From assembly GCA_964486105.1 (NCBI GenBank), contig CAZAKR010000012.1, positions 4,195 through 68,194 on the forward strand: DNA of 64,000 nucleotides. Direction: 5' to 3'. Under the pieces are notes generated by a model, which worked only from the letters and a program-made list of their open reading frames with translations, was not told the DNA's origin and made no database searches. This stretch comes from an uncultured Rhodospirillaceae bacterium (GTDB taxonomy: Bacteria > Pseudomonadota > Alphaproteobacteria > UBA11136). A program made the position numbers and the translations under genes. Shown in pieces: positions 32,610-44,441 of this stretch (positions within the stretch are counted from its first letter, which is position 1; each line of letters begins with the position of its first letter).

Positions 32610-33947
32610 TCAGGAGATGCTTGAGGCAATGACCCGGGCAACGGCATCGTAAGATTTCTCCAACGCCGCCTTGCCTATGCAATAGGGCGGCATCAGATAG
32701 ACCACGTTGCCGAGCGGCCGGATAAGATAGCCGCGCTCAATAAATTCCCGCTTCAGGGCAAGTCCGATTTCGGCCCCATAACCCTGATCCTGATCAGGGC
32801 CGACAATATTAAAGGCGGCGACGGACCCCATCAGCCGCGCCCTTTCCACCCCGGCGATATCGCTGAGTTTATTTAGCCCCTCGCGGTGAACCCCCTCGAT
32901 CATTGCCACATTCGACAAAGTGCTCTCCTGGGTGAAGAGATCAAGCGAGGCATGGGCGGCGGCGCAACCCAGCGGATTGGCTGTGAAGGAATGACCATGA
33001 GCGAAGGCGCGGGAAAAATCGTTGCCGTAAAAGGCCTTGAAAATTTCCTCGCTGCAGACTGTCGCGGCAAGAGGCAGAAAACCGCCGGTCAGGCCCTTGG
33101 CCAGACAGATAATGTCGGGAACGACATCGGCCTTTTGACAGGCGAACATCTTACCGGTGCGCCCAAAGCCGGTCATTACCTCATCAAAGATGAGCAGAAC
33201 CCCTGCATCCGTCAGACGTTGGCAAAGGGCGGCAAGAAATTCAGGCCGGCACATCCGCATGCCACTGGCCCCCTGGATCAACGGTTCGATGACAACGGCC
33301 GCCAGTTCATCGCCATGACGATCCAGACAGACATCAAGGGCGGCGAGCGACTCGGCCTCTTTTTCCGCCGATCCGTTATCGCCGATCCAGGTATCTGGAT
33401 AGGGAAGAAATTCAACATCGAGAAGCTGATCTTCAAAAGGTGCATAAAAACCCGTCGAGGCGCCAAGCGACATGGCGCCCAGAGTGTCGCCGTGATAGCC
33501 GCCGGAGAAAGACAGAAACCGCTTGCGCCCGGCCTCGCCTTTGTTGCGCCAGTACTGCCAGGCGATTTTCATCGCTATCTCGACAGAGGTCGAACCGTTA
33601 TCGGAGTAGAAGACCTTCGAGAGATCACCCGGCAAAAGTTCCGCCAGACGCGCCGCCAGACGCGCCGCCGGAGCATGGGTGAAATCGGCGAAGATAACCT
33701 GTTCAAGTTTTTCCGCCTGGGCGGATATGGCCTTTGCAATTTTAGGGTGGGCGTGGCCGTGAATCGTCACCCACCAGGAAGAAACCAGATCGATATAGGT
33801 CTTGCCGTCGGCGTCGAAAAGTTCGGCCCCCCTACCGGAAACGATTTCAATCGGCGGCGGCGCATCCTGCATCTGGGTAAAAGGATGCCAGACATGGGCC
33901 TTATCTAGAGCGGATACGTCCCTGCCCTCACCCATGGTGTGATCCAT
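32610..33947 (-). CDS. bioA: Adenosylmethionine-8-amino-7-oxononanoate aminotransferase
   Basis: WHPFTQ, SSWWV..HGH, SDNGSTSVE.AMK, DEVMTGFGRTG. Confidence 0.96.
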   Translation of the reverse strand: MDHTMGEGRDVSALDKAHVWHPFTQMQDAPPPIEIVSGRGAELFDADGKTYIDLVSSWWVTIHGHAHPKIAKAISAQAEKLEQVIFADFTHAPAARLAARLAELLPGDLSKVFYSDNGSTSVEIAMKIAWQYWRNKGEAGRKRFLSFSGGYHGDTLGAMSLGASTGFYAPFEDQLLDVEFLPYPDTWIGDNGSAEKEAESLAALDVCLDRHGDELAAVVIEPLIQGASGMRMCRPEFLAALCQRLTDAGVLLIFDEVMTGFGRTGKMFACQKADVVPDIICLAKGLTGGFLPLAATVCSEEIFKAFYGNDFSRAFAHGHSFTANPLGCAAAHASLDLFTQESTLSNVAMIEGVHREGLNKLSDIAGVERARLMGSVAAFNIVGPDQDQGYGAEIGLALKREFIERGYLIRPLGNVVYLMPPYCIGKAALEKSYDAVARVIASSIS

Positions 33948-34566
33948 CAGTAAAATGAGGGGGGGATTGGTCGGTGAAAGCGGCGAGAGTACTTTTGTCG
34001 AGGCGGGCGAAACGGGGTAAGGCGCCGATCACCGGCACCCGGCCATGGATTTGGATGGCGTCGCGATTGGCCGCGTCTTCAGGGCCGCACAGGACGATCC
34101 CGGCAAGATCAAGTCCACGGGCGCGCAACGCCTCGATCGCAAGGAGAGAATGATTGATCGTGCCGAGGGCGGTACGCGCCACCAGGATGATCGGCAGTGA
34201 CAGGCGAGCCATCAGATCGGTCATCAGCATTTCATCATTTAACGGCACCAGAACACCGCCCGCCCCTTCGACGATGAGGGGCCGTGGGGTGACAGGCAGG
34301 ATGAAATCATCCAAAGCGATTGTCACACCTTCTTTGCCTGCCGCCTCGTGGGGCGAACGCGGGGCGGAAAAAACATGAGTAGGGGCATGAAAACGCTCAT
34401 CTGAAAAACCGGTCAGCCGTTGAACGGTTTCACTATCGCCTTCGCCATCAACCAATCCGCATTGCACCGGCTTCCAGTAATCGCCATCAAGCGCTTGCAT
34501 CAGCCATGCGCTGACCACCGTCTTGCCGATATCCGTATCGGTGCCGGTAACGAAAAACCCGGTCAT
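33928..34566 (-). CDS. bioD: Dethiobiotin synthetase
   Basis: TGTDTDIGKT, WKPVQCG, VEGAGG, LGTINH. Confidence 0.96.
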   Translation of the reverse strand: MTGFFVTGTDTDIGKTVVSAWLMQALDGDYWKPVQCGLVDGEGDSETVQRLTGFSDERFHAPTHVFSAPRSPHEAAGKEGVTIALDDFILPVTPRPLIVEGAGGVLVPLNDEMLMTDLMARLSLPIILVARTALGTINHSLLAIEALRARGLDLAGIVLCGPEDAANRDAIQIHGRVPVIGALPRFARLDKSTLAAFTDQSPPHFTDGSHHG

Positions 34567-35408
34567 GAAATTTCCCCGCGCCGATATTCACCGAACAGAA
34601 TGTTATGGGTGACGTCAAACCCCTCGCCCCTTGCATCAACGTCGTCGAGACGGCGCAGAAGGGCGCGCAACTGTCCCGAAGAAAGAACCGCCTCGCCCGA
34701 TTGGGTGGTCAGCGCCCCGATATGCTTCAGGCCGCCGAGAAATTTCCTCGCCGACTCATAGCGCTCTAATTGACTCTTTTCCCGAACAACCAAACTGTCT
34801 TCCGGAAAAACGCCTTTAAGATCGGCGGCAGAAGGAAATGTCGGGATGATTTTTTCAAAATCCGCGCCCAGGGAAGATACCGCCGCGCGCCATTCGCCCA
34901 GACTGTCGGCGCCGATAGTGGCAAAGGCAAGAACGCCCTTGGGTTTTAGTAAATCGGCAAGCCGGGCCAGAGTCGTCGCCGGGTTGTCGAACCACTGAAA
35001 GGAAAGACTGCCGGTGATAAGATCAAAACGGCGATCAAGAGCCAGGTTTTCACCGTCCATGACGGCAAACTGCGCGTGCGGCAAAACCCCAGCCAGCTTG
35101 ACGCGACACTGATGAACCATATTCGGGCTGATATCGGTGAACAGAAAGCGACCCGAAGGCAATACCGAAGCCAGGGCATGGCCGAGAAAACCGGTGCCGC
35201 AACCGATTTCCAGAATCTCCGCCTCCCCATCCAGGGACAAGGCGCCAATGGAGCCTGCGAGTTCGCGGGCCGTCTCATTTTGCATATCGGCGACGCCGTC
35301 GTAACTGAGCGCCGCACGTCCAAAGTTCCGCATCACCATCTGTTTGCGCCTACTGGGCGGCGGGTAAGCACCATGAAGATTGGAAACCGGTTTTCCTTGC
35401 AGGGTCAT
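34563..35408 (-). CDS. bioC: Malonyl-ACP O-methyltransferase
   Basis: F.RAA..YD..A..Q, LEIGCGTG, FQW; position within the bio operon. Confidence 0.88.
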   Translation of the reverse strand: MTLQGKPVSNLHGAYPPPSRRKQMVMRNFGRAALSYDGVADMQNETARELAGSIGALSLDGEAEILEIGCGTGFLGHALASVLPSGRFLFTDISPNMVHQCRVKLAGVLPHAQFAVMDGENLALDRRFDLITGSLSFQWFDNPATTLARLADLLKPKGVLAFATIGADSLGEWRAAVSSLGADFEKIIPTFPSAADLKGVFPEDSLVVREKSQLERYESARKFLGGLKHIGALTTQSGEAVLSSGQLRALLRRLDDVDARGEGFDVTHNILFGEYRRGEIS

Positions 35409-36067
35409 GCCGCCCTCGCCAGAAAATTACGGATATGATCGGCGCACCATTGGGGCTGTGCATAAGGCAGGACATGTGAGCCGCCCTTGGCACAATGGAG
35501 TTCACTTAAAGGACGGTCGGCAAAAACAGATGCGCTTAAGGCCCAGGGGATTATGGAATCATTGTCTCCGGCCAAAGCGAGAACAGGTGCGGATTCATTC
35601 TTAAGGGACTCTCTAACATCCCAGTCCGATAACCAGTCCAGCCCTTGGGCAAGACGGGCCGTGTCGATGGCCGCAGGCGACACCGGGTCATCGGCCCAGC
35701 CGCAACGGGACCTGAACTCGTTGAGGGTCAAAAGCGGGTCTTCATTAAAACGGGATTTCATACGCTCCAGAAAACGCGGCGCGATGCCGTGGGGAAAATC
35801 ATCGGAACGCAGAAAGCGCGGCATACCGGAAATACTGACCAGCCCCTGCCAGGCAAAGGGCCGGTTTTTCAAAAGCCAAAGCAGGCCAAGGGAATGGCCG
35901 ATAGCAATCAGCGGGCGATCAGCAGGCGGATCGACGTCATGGGGCTTACCGAAAAACCCGAGATCGACAATTCTGGTTTCAATGTCTTTCAAGGCCGTGG
36001 CGAGCGGTGACCAGAAATCAGCGTCAAAACCCCAACCATGAACCAGAACGAGACAGGGCGACGTCAT
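35405..36067 (-). CDS. bioH: Pimeloyl-ACP methyl ester esterase (BioH-like)
   Basis: HGWG, GHSLG, D..IP and late His; lies between bioF and bioC. Confidence 0.8.
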   Translation of the reverse strand: MTSPCLVLVHGWGFDADFWSPLATALKDIETRIVDLGFFGKPHDVDPPADRPLIAIGHSLGLLWLLKNRPFAWQGLVSISGMPRFLRSDDFPHGIAPRFLERMKSRFNEDPLLTLNEFRSRCGWADDPVSPAAIDTARLAQGLDWLSDWDVRESLKNESAPVLALAGDNDSIIPWALSASVFADRPLSELHCAKGGSHVLPYAQPQWCADHIRNFLARAA

Positions 36068-37284
36068 AATGCTGTCTTTCTGGTCAGCGCGCCGTGGTCT
36101 GCTTTAAGACCCTCAGCCGCATTCTTCAGGGCTGTTAATTCGGCCTCTCCATGGACAGTGGTCAGGGAAATCCGCAGCCGCGCCGCACCCTCGGGCACGG
36201 TCGGCGGGCGGATCGCCGGGGTAAGGATGCCTTGCGTCTCAAAACTGGCGGCGGCATCCAGGGTTTCACCATCGCCCCCTAAAATAAGCGGAATGATCTG
36301 TGAGCGGGATAGGCCGCAATCAAAACCTTTGGCGTCGAGGTCTTTACGCAATGCCTCGGCATTGGAAAGCAAGCGCGCCCGATCTTCGTCCATACCGGGC
36401 AACAAATCGATCGCCGCGTCAATCGATCCGAGAACAGCCGGCGGCAGGGCGGTGGAATAGATCAGGCCCTGGCAACGGTTGATCAGGAAATCGCGCAATT
36501 TATCGGAGCAGGCGGCATAAGCGCCATAGCCTCCCAGGGCCTTGCCGAAAGTCCCCATCACCAAATGAGCGCCACCGGGATGGAGAGTGGAAAGCCCAAA
36601 CCCCTTATCGCCGAAAACACCTGTGGCATGGGCCTCGTCGAGATAAAGAAAAGCGCCATAGCGATCGGCAAGCGCCGCCAGGGCGCCGACATCGGCCAGA
36701 TCGCCATCCATGCTGAAAACGGTTTCCGAGAGGATGAAAATCGGCGGCGAATTTTCCCCCCTATCAGCCGCCGTTTTTTCCTTAAGCAGGGATTCAAGAT
36801 GATCGAGATCGTTGTGGCGATAACGGAACTGACGAACACCGGCCAGTTTGCAACCGGCATGAAGGCTGGCATGGTTGAGCCGGTCGGCGAAAACCAGCGG
36901 CGCCGTGCCGTGAACTTCCTTATCGAGAAGTGCGGCAAGAATTGTCCCATTGGCCTGAAAGCCGGAAGCCATGATCAGGGCGGCCTGCGTTTTCTTGGCC
37001 TTTGCGAGCTTGCTCTCAACCGCCTCGAAAATTTCCAGATTGCCGGACAGCAAACGCGAGGCGCGGCTGCCGGCGCCATAACGTTGCGCCCACTCCCCCG
37101 CCCGCCCGATCAACAGGGGGTGGCGGGAGAGGCCGAGATAATCGTTGGTGGAAAAATCGATCAGGCTGCGCCCGTCGCATTCAATCCGCCCAGGCTGTTG
37201 GGCAGGCGCAAAATTGCGCAGCCGACGACCGCGCCCCAGCGCCTTGAGGCCATCGCAAAACGATCCGAAAACGCGTTCGGGCAT
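36064..37284 (-). CDS. bioF: 8-amino-7-oxononanoate synthase
   Basis: NDYLGL, D.LNHAS, FSMDGD, DEAHA.G, GTFGKALG, AIRPPTVP. Confidence 0.96.
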   Translation of the reverse strand: MPERVFGSFCDGLKALGRGRRLRNFAPAQQPGRIECDGRSLIDFSTNDYLGLSRHPLLIGRAGEWAQRYGAGSRASRLLSGNLEIFEAVESKLAKAKKTQAALIMASGFQANGTILAALLDKEVHGTAPLVFADRLNHASLHAGCKLAGVRQFRYRHNDLDHLESLLKEKTAADRGENSPPIFILSETVFSMDGDLADVGALAALADRYGAFLYLDEAHATGVFGDKGFGLSTLHPGGAHLVMGTFGKALGGYGAYAACSDKLRDFLINRCQGLIYSTALPPAVLGSIDAAIDLLPGMDEDRARLLSNAEALRKDLDAKGFDCGLSRSQIIPLILGGDGETLDAAASFETQGILTPAIRPPTVPEGAARLRISLTTVHGEAELTALKNAAEGLKADHGALTRKTAL

Positions 37285-37416
37285 TAATTACGTCCCAACC
37301 TTGGAAACAGGGTTATGTTTTCTTGCTTCAGGAGATGGTTGTCAATCGGCTTGGACAGGATAAAACAGCGGAAAACCCGGCGGCAGACCGAAAAAAGAGC
37401 ACTTGGGAGGCAGAAA

Positions 37417-37926
37417 TCAGCTGCCGGCGGTGTCGGCCCGGCGATCAACCCCGCCCGGCGGGCCGGGGATCCCACGCCCCGACGAGGTCAGCGAGGTATT
37501 GAAGAAACGGCCAAGCTGGTCGAGACCGGCGGCGACGCTATTCAGCTGTTCGTCAGAAAAGGACTGGCCGTCGAGAAGCGCGATCTGACGATCGAACATG
37601 GCGACGATAACGTTACGAAGCTCAACCCCCTTATCGGAAAGGCGAACACGGACAGAGCGGCGGTCATGGGGGGAACGTTCCTGAACGAGATAACCGTTTT
37701 CAACCATCTTCTTCAGATTGTAGGAGACGTTAGACCCAAGGTAATAGCCGCGATTCGTCAGCTCACCAACGGTCACTTCCTCACCGGCTATATTGTAAAG
37801 GATGATGGCCTGGATATTATTGAGATCCTGAATGCCCAGATTATCGAGTTCAAATTTCACGACTTCGAGAAACTGGCGATGCAAACGCTCAATCAGACTG
37901 ATGACATCAAGATAGGACTCTTTCAC
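37417..37926 (-). CDS. ldtR: MarR-family regulator, LdtR-like
   Basis: ERLHRQFL.V.K.E, RGYYLGSNVSYNLKK, DRRSVRV; divergent from hemB as in other alphaproteobacteria. Confidence 0.85.
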   Translation of the reverse strand: MKESYLDVISLIERLHRQFLEVVKFELDNLGIQDLNNIQAIILYNIAGEEVTVGELTNRGYYLGSNVSYNLKKMVENGYLVQERSPHDRRSVRVRLSDKGVELRNVIVAMFDRQIALLDGQSFSDEQLNSVAAGLDQLGRFFNTSLTSSGRGIPGPPGGVDRRADTAGS

Positions 37927-38212
37927 AACCGACCCTCGCACTTATCCCGCCCGACAGGGTTATTTTTTGGATTCTTCCCGCAGGCTACGTTTCAAGATAG
38001 TTAAATATATATAATTTAAATCAGATACCTAACAATTTTTATTAATGCGCCCACAAAGGGTGTGTGCCAAGTCTTTATCCCCGGGCCATTTATATACAAA
38101 TTTTACCCAATAGAAAGGGGTAGATGCGGTGCCTGATCCGTTCCTTTATCTGCCGCCTGAACACGCCAGATGGGTTGTCCCCTCACCCGGACTCGCGCCT
38201 CTTGATAAGGGG

Positions 38213-39520
<1,308 letters not shown>

Positions 39521-39525
39521 TTTTT

Positions 39526-40401
39526 TTAAGCTGCTTGCGTCAGCCAGTCCCGGATCAGGGCAATCTGATCGGCTGCCATCAGGGATGGTGCATGGCCAAT
39601 GCCGGGAAATTCGGCGAGCTTGCAGCCGCCTCCCCGGCGTTGCATTTCCTCGACCACCTCAAGAGGCAGCACGGCGGAATCACCGCCGCGCAGGGCCAAC
39701 ACCGGACAGGTGACGGCGTCCCAAAATTTCCACAGGCGGACATCGCGCAAAATTATCCGGCCCAGGGGTTTTGAAATGCCGGGATCATAGGCCAGCCTCA
39801 AACCGCCGCTCTCGCCGGGACGGGTACCGACAGTGGCAAGATGGCGCCATTGGTCGTCACTCAAGGGGCCGATGCCGCGATAGAGGTCACGGAAGTAGGA
39901 CTCTGCGGCCTTAAGGTCGGCAAAGGAAGGATAGGCGCCGACATACCGGGCGATGCGACGCAGGGCCTTACTCGGCACCCGCCCACCGACGTCGTTAATA
40001 ACCAGGCGGCGGATAGGCGTCCCCGCCATTCCGGCCAACATCATGCCGATCACCCCGCCCATGGAGGTGCCGATCCAATCAACCTGATCTACATCCAGTC
40101 GGGCGATCAGGGTCACCATGTCGGAAATATACTGGGGAAACGTGTAGCGCCTGGGGCTGGCCAGCCAGTCGGAATCGCCGCGCCCGGGCAAATCCGGACA
40201 GATGACCCGGTACCCGGCAGCGGCAAATTCCCGCCCCAGGTGATCATAAAGGCGGCCATTACCGGTCAGGGAATGAAGGCAGATGAGCGTCCGTTCTTTA
40301 CCTTGTTCTGGACCTTCTTTGGGTGCTGTCCATTCGACATAGGAAAGCCGGTGAAGACCCTCGGGATCGGTGCAGAGAACATGAGACTGGCGCATTATCA
40401 T
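39526..40401 (-). CDS. Alpha/beta fold hydrolase
   Basis: CPDLPGRGDSDWL, GTSMGG, GHAPSL. Confidence 0.9.
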   Translation of the reverse strand: MIMRQSHVLCTDPEGLHRLSYVEWTAPKEGPEQGKERTLICLHSLTGNGRLYDHLGREFAAAGYRVICPDLPGRGDSDWLASPRRYTFPQYISDMVTLIARLDVDQVDWIGTSMGGVIGMMLAGMAGTPIRRLVINDVGGRVPSKALRRIARYVGAYPSFADLKAAESYFRDLYRGIGPLSDDQWRHLATVGTRPGESGGLRLAYDPGISKPLGRIILRDVRLWKFWDAVTCPVLALRGGDSAVLPLEVVEEMQRRGGGCKLAEFPGIGHAPSLMAADQIALIRDWLTQAA

Positions 40402-40517
40402 GGGCCCGGATCATAACCCCAGGGAGAGCGACAGAAAAGCCGGGATTGCACCGCCGGATAATCCCCTGCTAAGAACCATGGACTGCGTATTTTTGCGCCC
40501 CCCTTATGAGGCATGAA

Positions 40518-41663
40518 ATGGACAAAAAAAGTCCCCTGGACGGCATTACCGTTGTCGATCTGACCCGGATTCTCGCCGGGCCTTATTGCACCATGGTTTT
40601 GGCCGATCTCGGCGCCCGGGTGATCAAGGTTGAGGAACCCGAAAAAGGCGACGACGCACGTCATATCGGCCCCTTCATCGAGGGCAAGTCGGCCTATTTC
40701 ATGTCCTTGAACCGGGATAAGGAAAGTATCGCCCTCGACCTCAAAAACGCCGACGACAAGGCGGTTTTTGAAAAACTTCTCAAGAAGGCCGATGTGCTGG
40801 TCGAAAATTTCCGCCCCGGCACCATGGAAAAACTGGGCTATGGCTGGGAAAGACTGCACAAGGATTATCCCAGGCTGATCTTCGCCAGTGCCTCGGGCTT
40901 TGGTCAGACCGGGCCCTACAAAGACCGCGCCGCCTATGACATGGTAGTTCAGGCGATGGGCGGCATAATGAGCCTGACCGGCCATGCCGGCGCCCCGCCG
41001 ACCAGAGTCGGCACATCGGTCGGCGATATCACCGCCGGCCTGTTCACCACAATCGCCGTCAACGCGGCGCTGTTTCAACGCCACACAACCGGTATCGGCG
41101 CCAAAATCGACATCGCCATGCTCGATTGCCAGATCGCCATCCTTGAGAATGCGATCGCCCGCCATGTCGCCACCGGCGAAACGCCGCAACCGCTCGGTTC
41201 CCGCCATCCCTCGATCACGCCTTTCGACGCCTTTCACGCCGCCGACGGTTATCTGGTCATCGCGGCAGGCAACGACCGCCTGTTCGAAGCCTTGGCGCTG
41301 TCCCTGGGGCGCGCCGATCTCGTCACCAACGATTTGTTCGCCACCAACGATCTGCGCACTACCCACGCCGGCGCCCTGAAAGATGAAATCGAGATGACCC
41401 TGGGCGAAAAAAATGTCGCCCAATGGCTCGAGATTTTCACCGCCAAGGGCATCCCTTCCGGCCCCATCAACACCATCGGCGATGCCTTGAGCAACCCGCA
41501 GATACAAGCTCGCAATATGGTGATCGAAAGCGAGGATAAAATCGCCGGCACGGTGCGCATGGCCGGTAACCCGATTAAAATAGAAGGCATGCCCGACCCG
41601 GCGCAGCGCAACCCCGCCCCGGATCTCGATCAGGACGGGAAAAAAATTAAGAAAGAACTTTAA
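40518..41663 (+). CDS. Class III (CaiB/BaiF) CoA-transferase, YfdE/UctC-like
   Basis: LAGPYCT..LADLGA.VIKVE, ENFRPGTMEKLG, RVGTSVGD, GNPIKI.G..DP....AP.LDQ.G..I. The C-terminus resembles acetyl-CoA:oxalate CoA-transferases. Confidence 0.85.
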   Translation: MDKKSPLDGITVVDLTRILAGPYCTMVLADLGARVIKVEEPEKGDDARHIGPFIEGKSAYFMSLNRDKESIALDLKNADDKAVFEKLLKKADVLVENFRPGTMEKLGYGWERLHKDYPRLIFASASGFGQTGPYKDRAAYDMVVQAMGGIMSLTGHAGAPPTRVGTSVGDITAGLFTTIAVNAALFQRHTTGIGAKIDIAMLDCQIAILENAIARHVATGETPQPLGSRHPSITPFDAFHAADGYLVIAAGNDRLFEALALSLGRADLVTNDLFATNDLRTTHAGALKDEIEMTLGEKNVAQWLEIFTAKGIPSGPINTIGDALSNPQIQARNMVIESEDKIAGTVRMAGNPIKIEGMPDPAQRNPAPDLDQDGKKIKKEL

Positions 41664-41712
41664 GTTTATCTTTTAAGTTGTTGCTTTATCGTCATTTATA
41701 CTTGTGTTCAGA

Positions 41713-44283
41713 ATGAAGAAAACACACCGTCTGATCGTCCTGTTCCTTGCCTCCGTGATCGCCTGCCTCATCATTGGTGGGGTGTGGTTGCGCAGTTCCC
41801 TGCCCCAGACCAGTGGTGAAATCACCCTTCCCGGATTGACCGGGAAGGTCACCGTCAGCCGCAACGATCTTGGCATTCCGGCGATCGCTGCCGGGAGCGA
41901 AAGGGACGCCTATTTCGCGCTCGGTTTCGTCCATGCCCAGGACCGCCTTTTCCAGATGGACATGATGCGCCGAAATGGACAGGGCCGCTTGGCGGAAGTG
42001 ATCGGCGAGCCGGGATTGGTTCATGATCGCAAGAGCCGCGGTCTCGGTCTCTACGGCAATGCAAAAAAGAGTCTCGCCACTCTCCCGCCGCCGGTGCTTG
42101 AGGCACTCACCGCCTATAGTGAGGGGGTCAACGCCTATCTTGCTCATCACAGAGGCGCCCTGCCCTTGGAATTCACCGTGCTTGGTTATGAACCGGAGCA
42201 ATGGGCGCCCGTTGACAGTCTGCTCTGGGGGCGCTTGATGGCGGTCTGGCTTTCGGGCAATCATTTCGATGAACTGCGCCGCTCGATTTTAAGCAAAACC
42301 CTGACCAAATCGCAGATCGACGACCTCTGGCCACCCTATCCCGAAGATGCGATTTCCGGCGTTACCGGGGGCAAACACCTTAAAACCCGGGGGTTGCCGG
42401 ACCGTAGCCATATGGCCCCGTCCGTCTCAGCGGTGGTAGCGGCGCTCGGCAAGCGTATTCTCAACGCTTTACCCGCTCCCAAGGGGCCGGTCAGCGCCTC
42501 GAACGCCTGGGCCGTTGCAGGCGAATTGACGAGTACGGGAAAGCCTATCCTTGCCAACGATCCCCATCTCTGGCTCGCCACCCCGGGTGTCTGGTATCTG
42601 GCCCGCATCGACGCCCCGGGCCTGCATCTGGCCGGAGCGACTTCGCCGGGCGTCCCTTTCCTTATTCTCGGCCATAACGACCGCATCGCCTGGGGCATGA
42701 CCACCACCCATTCCGACACCCAGGACCTGTTTATAGAGCGTATCGATCCTGATGATCCCAACGCCTATCTCACCCCCGAAGGGTCTCGCCCGTTTGAAAT
42801 CCGCAAGGAGACAATCACCGTGCGCGGCGGTGAGCCTGTTGAGATGGTTCAACGCCTAACCCGGCACGGCCCGGTCCTTTCCGATTATCTCGATCTGCCG
42901 GAAGAAACGGACGACCTCTCTATTCTCGCCGGTGAAAACGACGAAGGTACGGGTCACGGGGACGACGGCGCCTATGTTTTGGCCCTGGCCGATCCCGCCT
43001 TAAGCGGAGTGGATATCTCGTTCACCAGCATCTATGGCATAAACCATGCTGCAAACTGGGACGAATTTACCACCGCCCTGTCCCATGGCACAGCGCCCCA
43101 GCAAAATCTCCATTACGCGGATATAGACGGCAATATCGGCTTTTACGCCCCCGCCCTGGTGCCAATCCGCAAAAAGGGCGACGGCATGGACCCGGTGCCC
43201 GGCTGGACCGGGGAATACGACTGGGCGGGGTTTATCCCTTTCGAATCCCTCCCCCATGCCTATAACCCGGCGGCGGGACGTCTGGTGTCGGCCAATCACA
43301 ATATCGTCGAAGCCGATTATCCCCATCACCTGACTCGCAGCTGGCCGAGCAGCTACCGGGTGGGGCGCATTCACAGCCTGCTTTCAGAGCACCCCCGCCA
43401 ATCAATGGAAACCATGGCGGCGATTCAAAACGATATTATTTCTCCCATGGCCCGCGATCTCCTTCCCCGTCTGCTGGAAATCGTGAACGTAGCCGGTGTG
43501 AACGACCAGGCGGCCAAAGCCCTGACCCTTCTCGGTGGCTGGGATGGAACAATGGACCGCCAGCGCCCCGAGCCGTTAATTTTTTCGTCCTGGATCAATG
43601 AAATCCAGCGCCTGATCGCCGAAGACGAACTTGGGGCTAATCATAAAGACATGTCTGGCACCCGGCCGAGGTTCATCAAAAACGTTCTGAGCGCGAATTC
43701 CATCTGGTGCGACGATGTGACCAGCGAGGAAACCGAGACCTGCGAAGAACGCCTGAAGGACGCGCTTAACGCCGCCATTGCCAATCTTGTTCGCCTCCAT
43801 GGTCAAGACATGACGACCTGGCAATGGGGGGACAGCCACACTACGGGTTTCACCCCCCGGATATTCAACCGACTGCCGCTCATCGGCGGCTGGCTGGGCA
43901 GGACAATCGCCACCGACGGGGGCAATCATACGATCAACCGGGGTACTTATATTCTTAACATTACCGGTCTCTATCCCGGCGCCAGCGATTTCCCCCACGT
44001 TCATGGCCCGACCATGCGGGCCATATACGATCTCGCCTCCCTTGATAATTCCCTGTTCATGATAACGCCGGGCCAGTCCGGCAATATTTTTTCAAGCCAT
44101 CACAATGATCTCGTCCCCGCCTGGCGCGACGGTCTTTATGTGACCCTGCCAAAACAATCGCCGAGAGAAGACGGGGAGGTGAAAAACGTCTCCGACAATG
44201 AAGTTGAAAGACCCCAAAATTCGCCTTTGATTCTTCATCTACTGCCCAAGAAAAAATTTAACAAAATGCCATCAATATATTGA
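41713..44283 (+). CDS. Penicillin acylase / AHL acylase family Ntn-hydrolase
   Basis: N-terminal TM; GFVHAQDRLFQMD; Ntn nucleophile SNAW; LANDPHL, GHN.RIAWG.T, PGQSG. Confidence 0.93.
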   Translation: MKKTHRLIVLFLASVIACLIIGGVWLRSSLPQTSGEITLPGLTGKVTVSRNDLGIPAIAAGSERDAYFALGFVHAQDRLFQMDMMRRNGQGRLAEVIGEPGLVHDRKSRGLGLYGNAKKSLATLPPPVLEALTAYSEGVNAYLAHHRGALPLEFTVLGYEPEQWAPVDSLLWGRLMAVWLSGNHFDELRRSILSKTLTKSQIDDLWPPYPEDAISGVTGGKHLKTRGLPDRSHMAPSVSAVVAALGKRILNALPAPKGPVSASNAWAVAGELTSTGKPILANDPHLWLATPGVWYLARIDAPGLHLAGATSPGVPFLILGHNDRIAWGMTTTHSDTQDLFIERIDPDDPNAYLTPEGSRPFEIRKETITVRGGEPVEMVQRLTRHGPVLSDYLDLPEETDDLSILAGENDEGTGHGDDGAYVLALADPALSGVDISFTSIYGINHAANWDEFTTALSHGTAPQQNLHYADIDGNIGFYAPALVPIRKKGDGMDPVPGWTGEYDWAGFIPFESLPHAYNPAAGRLVSANHNIVEADYPHHLTRSWPSSYRVGRIHSLLSEHPRQSMETMAAIQNDIISPMARDLLPRLLEIVNVAGVNDQAAKALTLLGGWDGTMDRQRPEPLIFSSWINEIQRLIAEDELGANHKDMSGTRPRFIKNVLSANSIWCDDVTSEETETCEERLKDALNAAIANLVRLHGQDMTTWQWGDSHTTGFTPRIFNRLPLIGGWLGRTIATDGGNHTINRGTYILNITGLYPGASDFPHVHGPTMRAIYDLASLDNSLFMITPGQSGNIFSSHHNDLVPAWRDGLYVTLPKQSPREDGEVKNVSDNEVERPQNSPLILHLLPKKKFNKMPSIY

Positions 44284-44441
44284 CCTTGGAAAAAAATCCG
44301 GAGAGGATTGATTTACTGGGGCTCAATCACTATTGTGCGTGTCGCTTTGCTCGCTAGAGCGTGCTAAAATGGAATCTAATCTTTCTAAAGATTTTCCATC
44401 GTTGTTGTGAAAATTATTTATCGATTGAAAAGGGAAGTTTA

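Noticed and set aside
37285-37416. BirA or BioR operator upstream of bioF
   Set aside because: Only a half-site-like TTGACAACC is visible, with no properly spaced palindrome.
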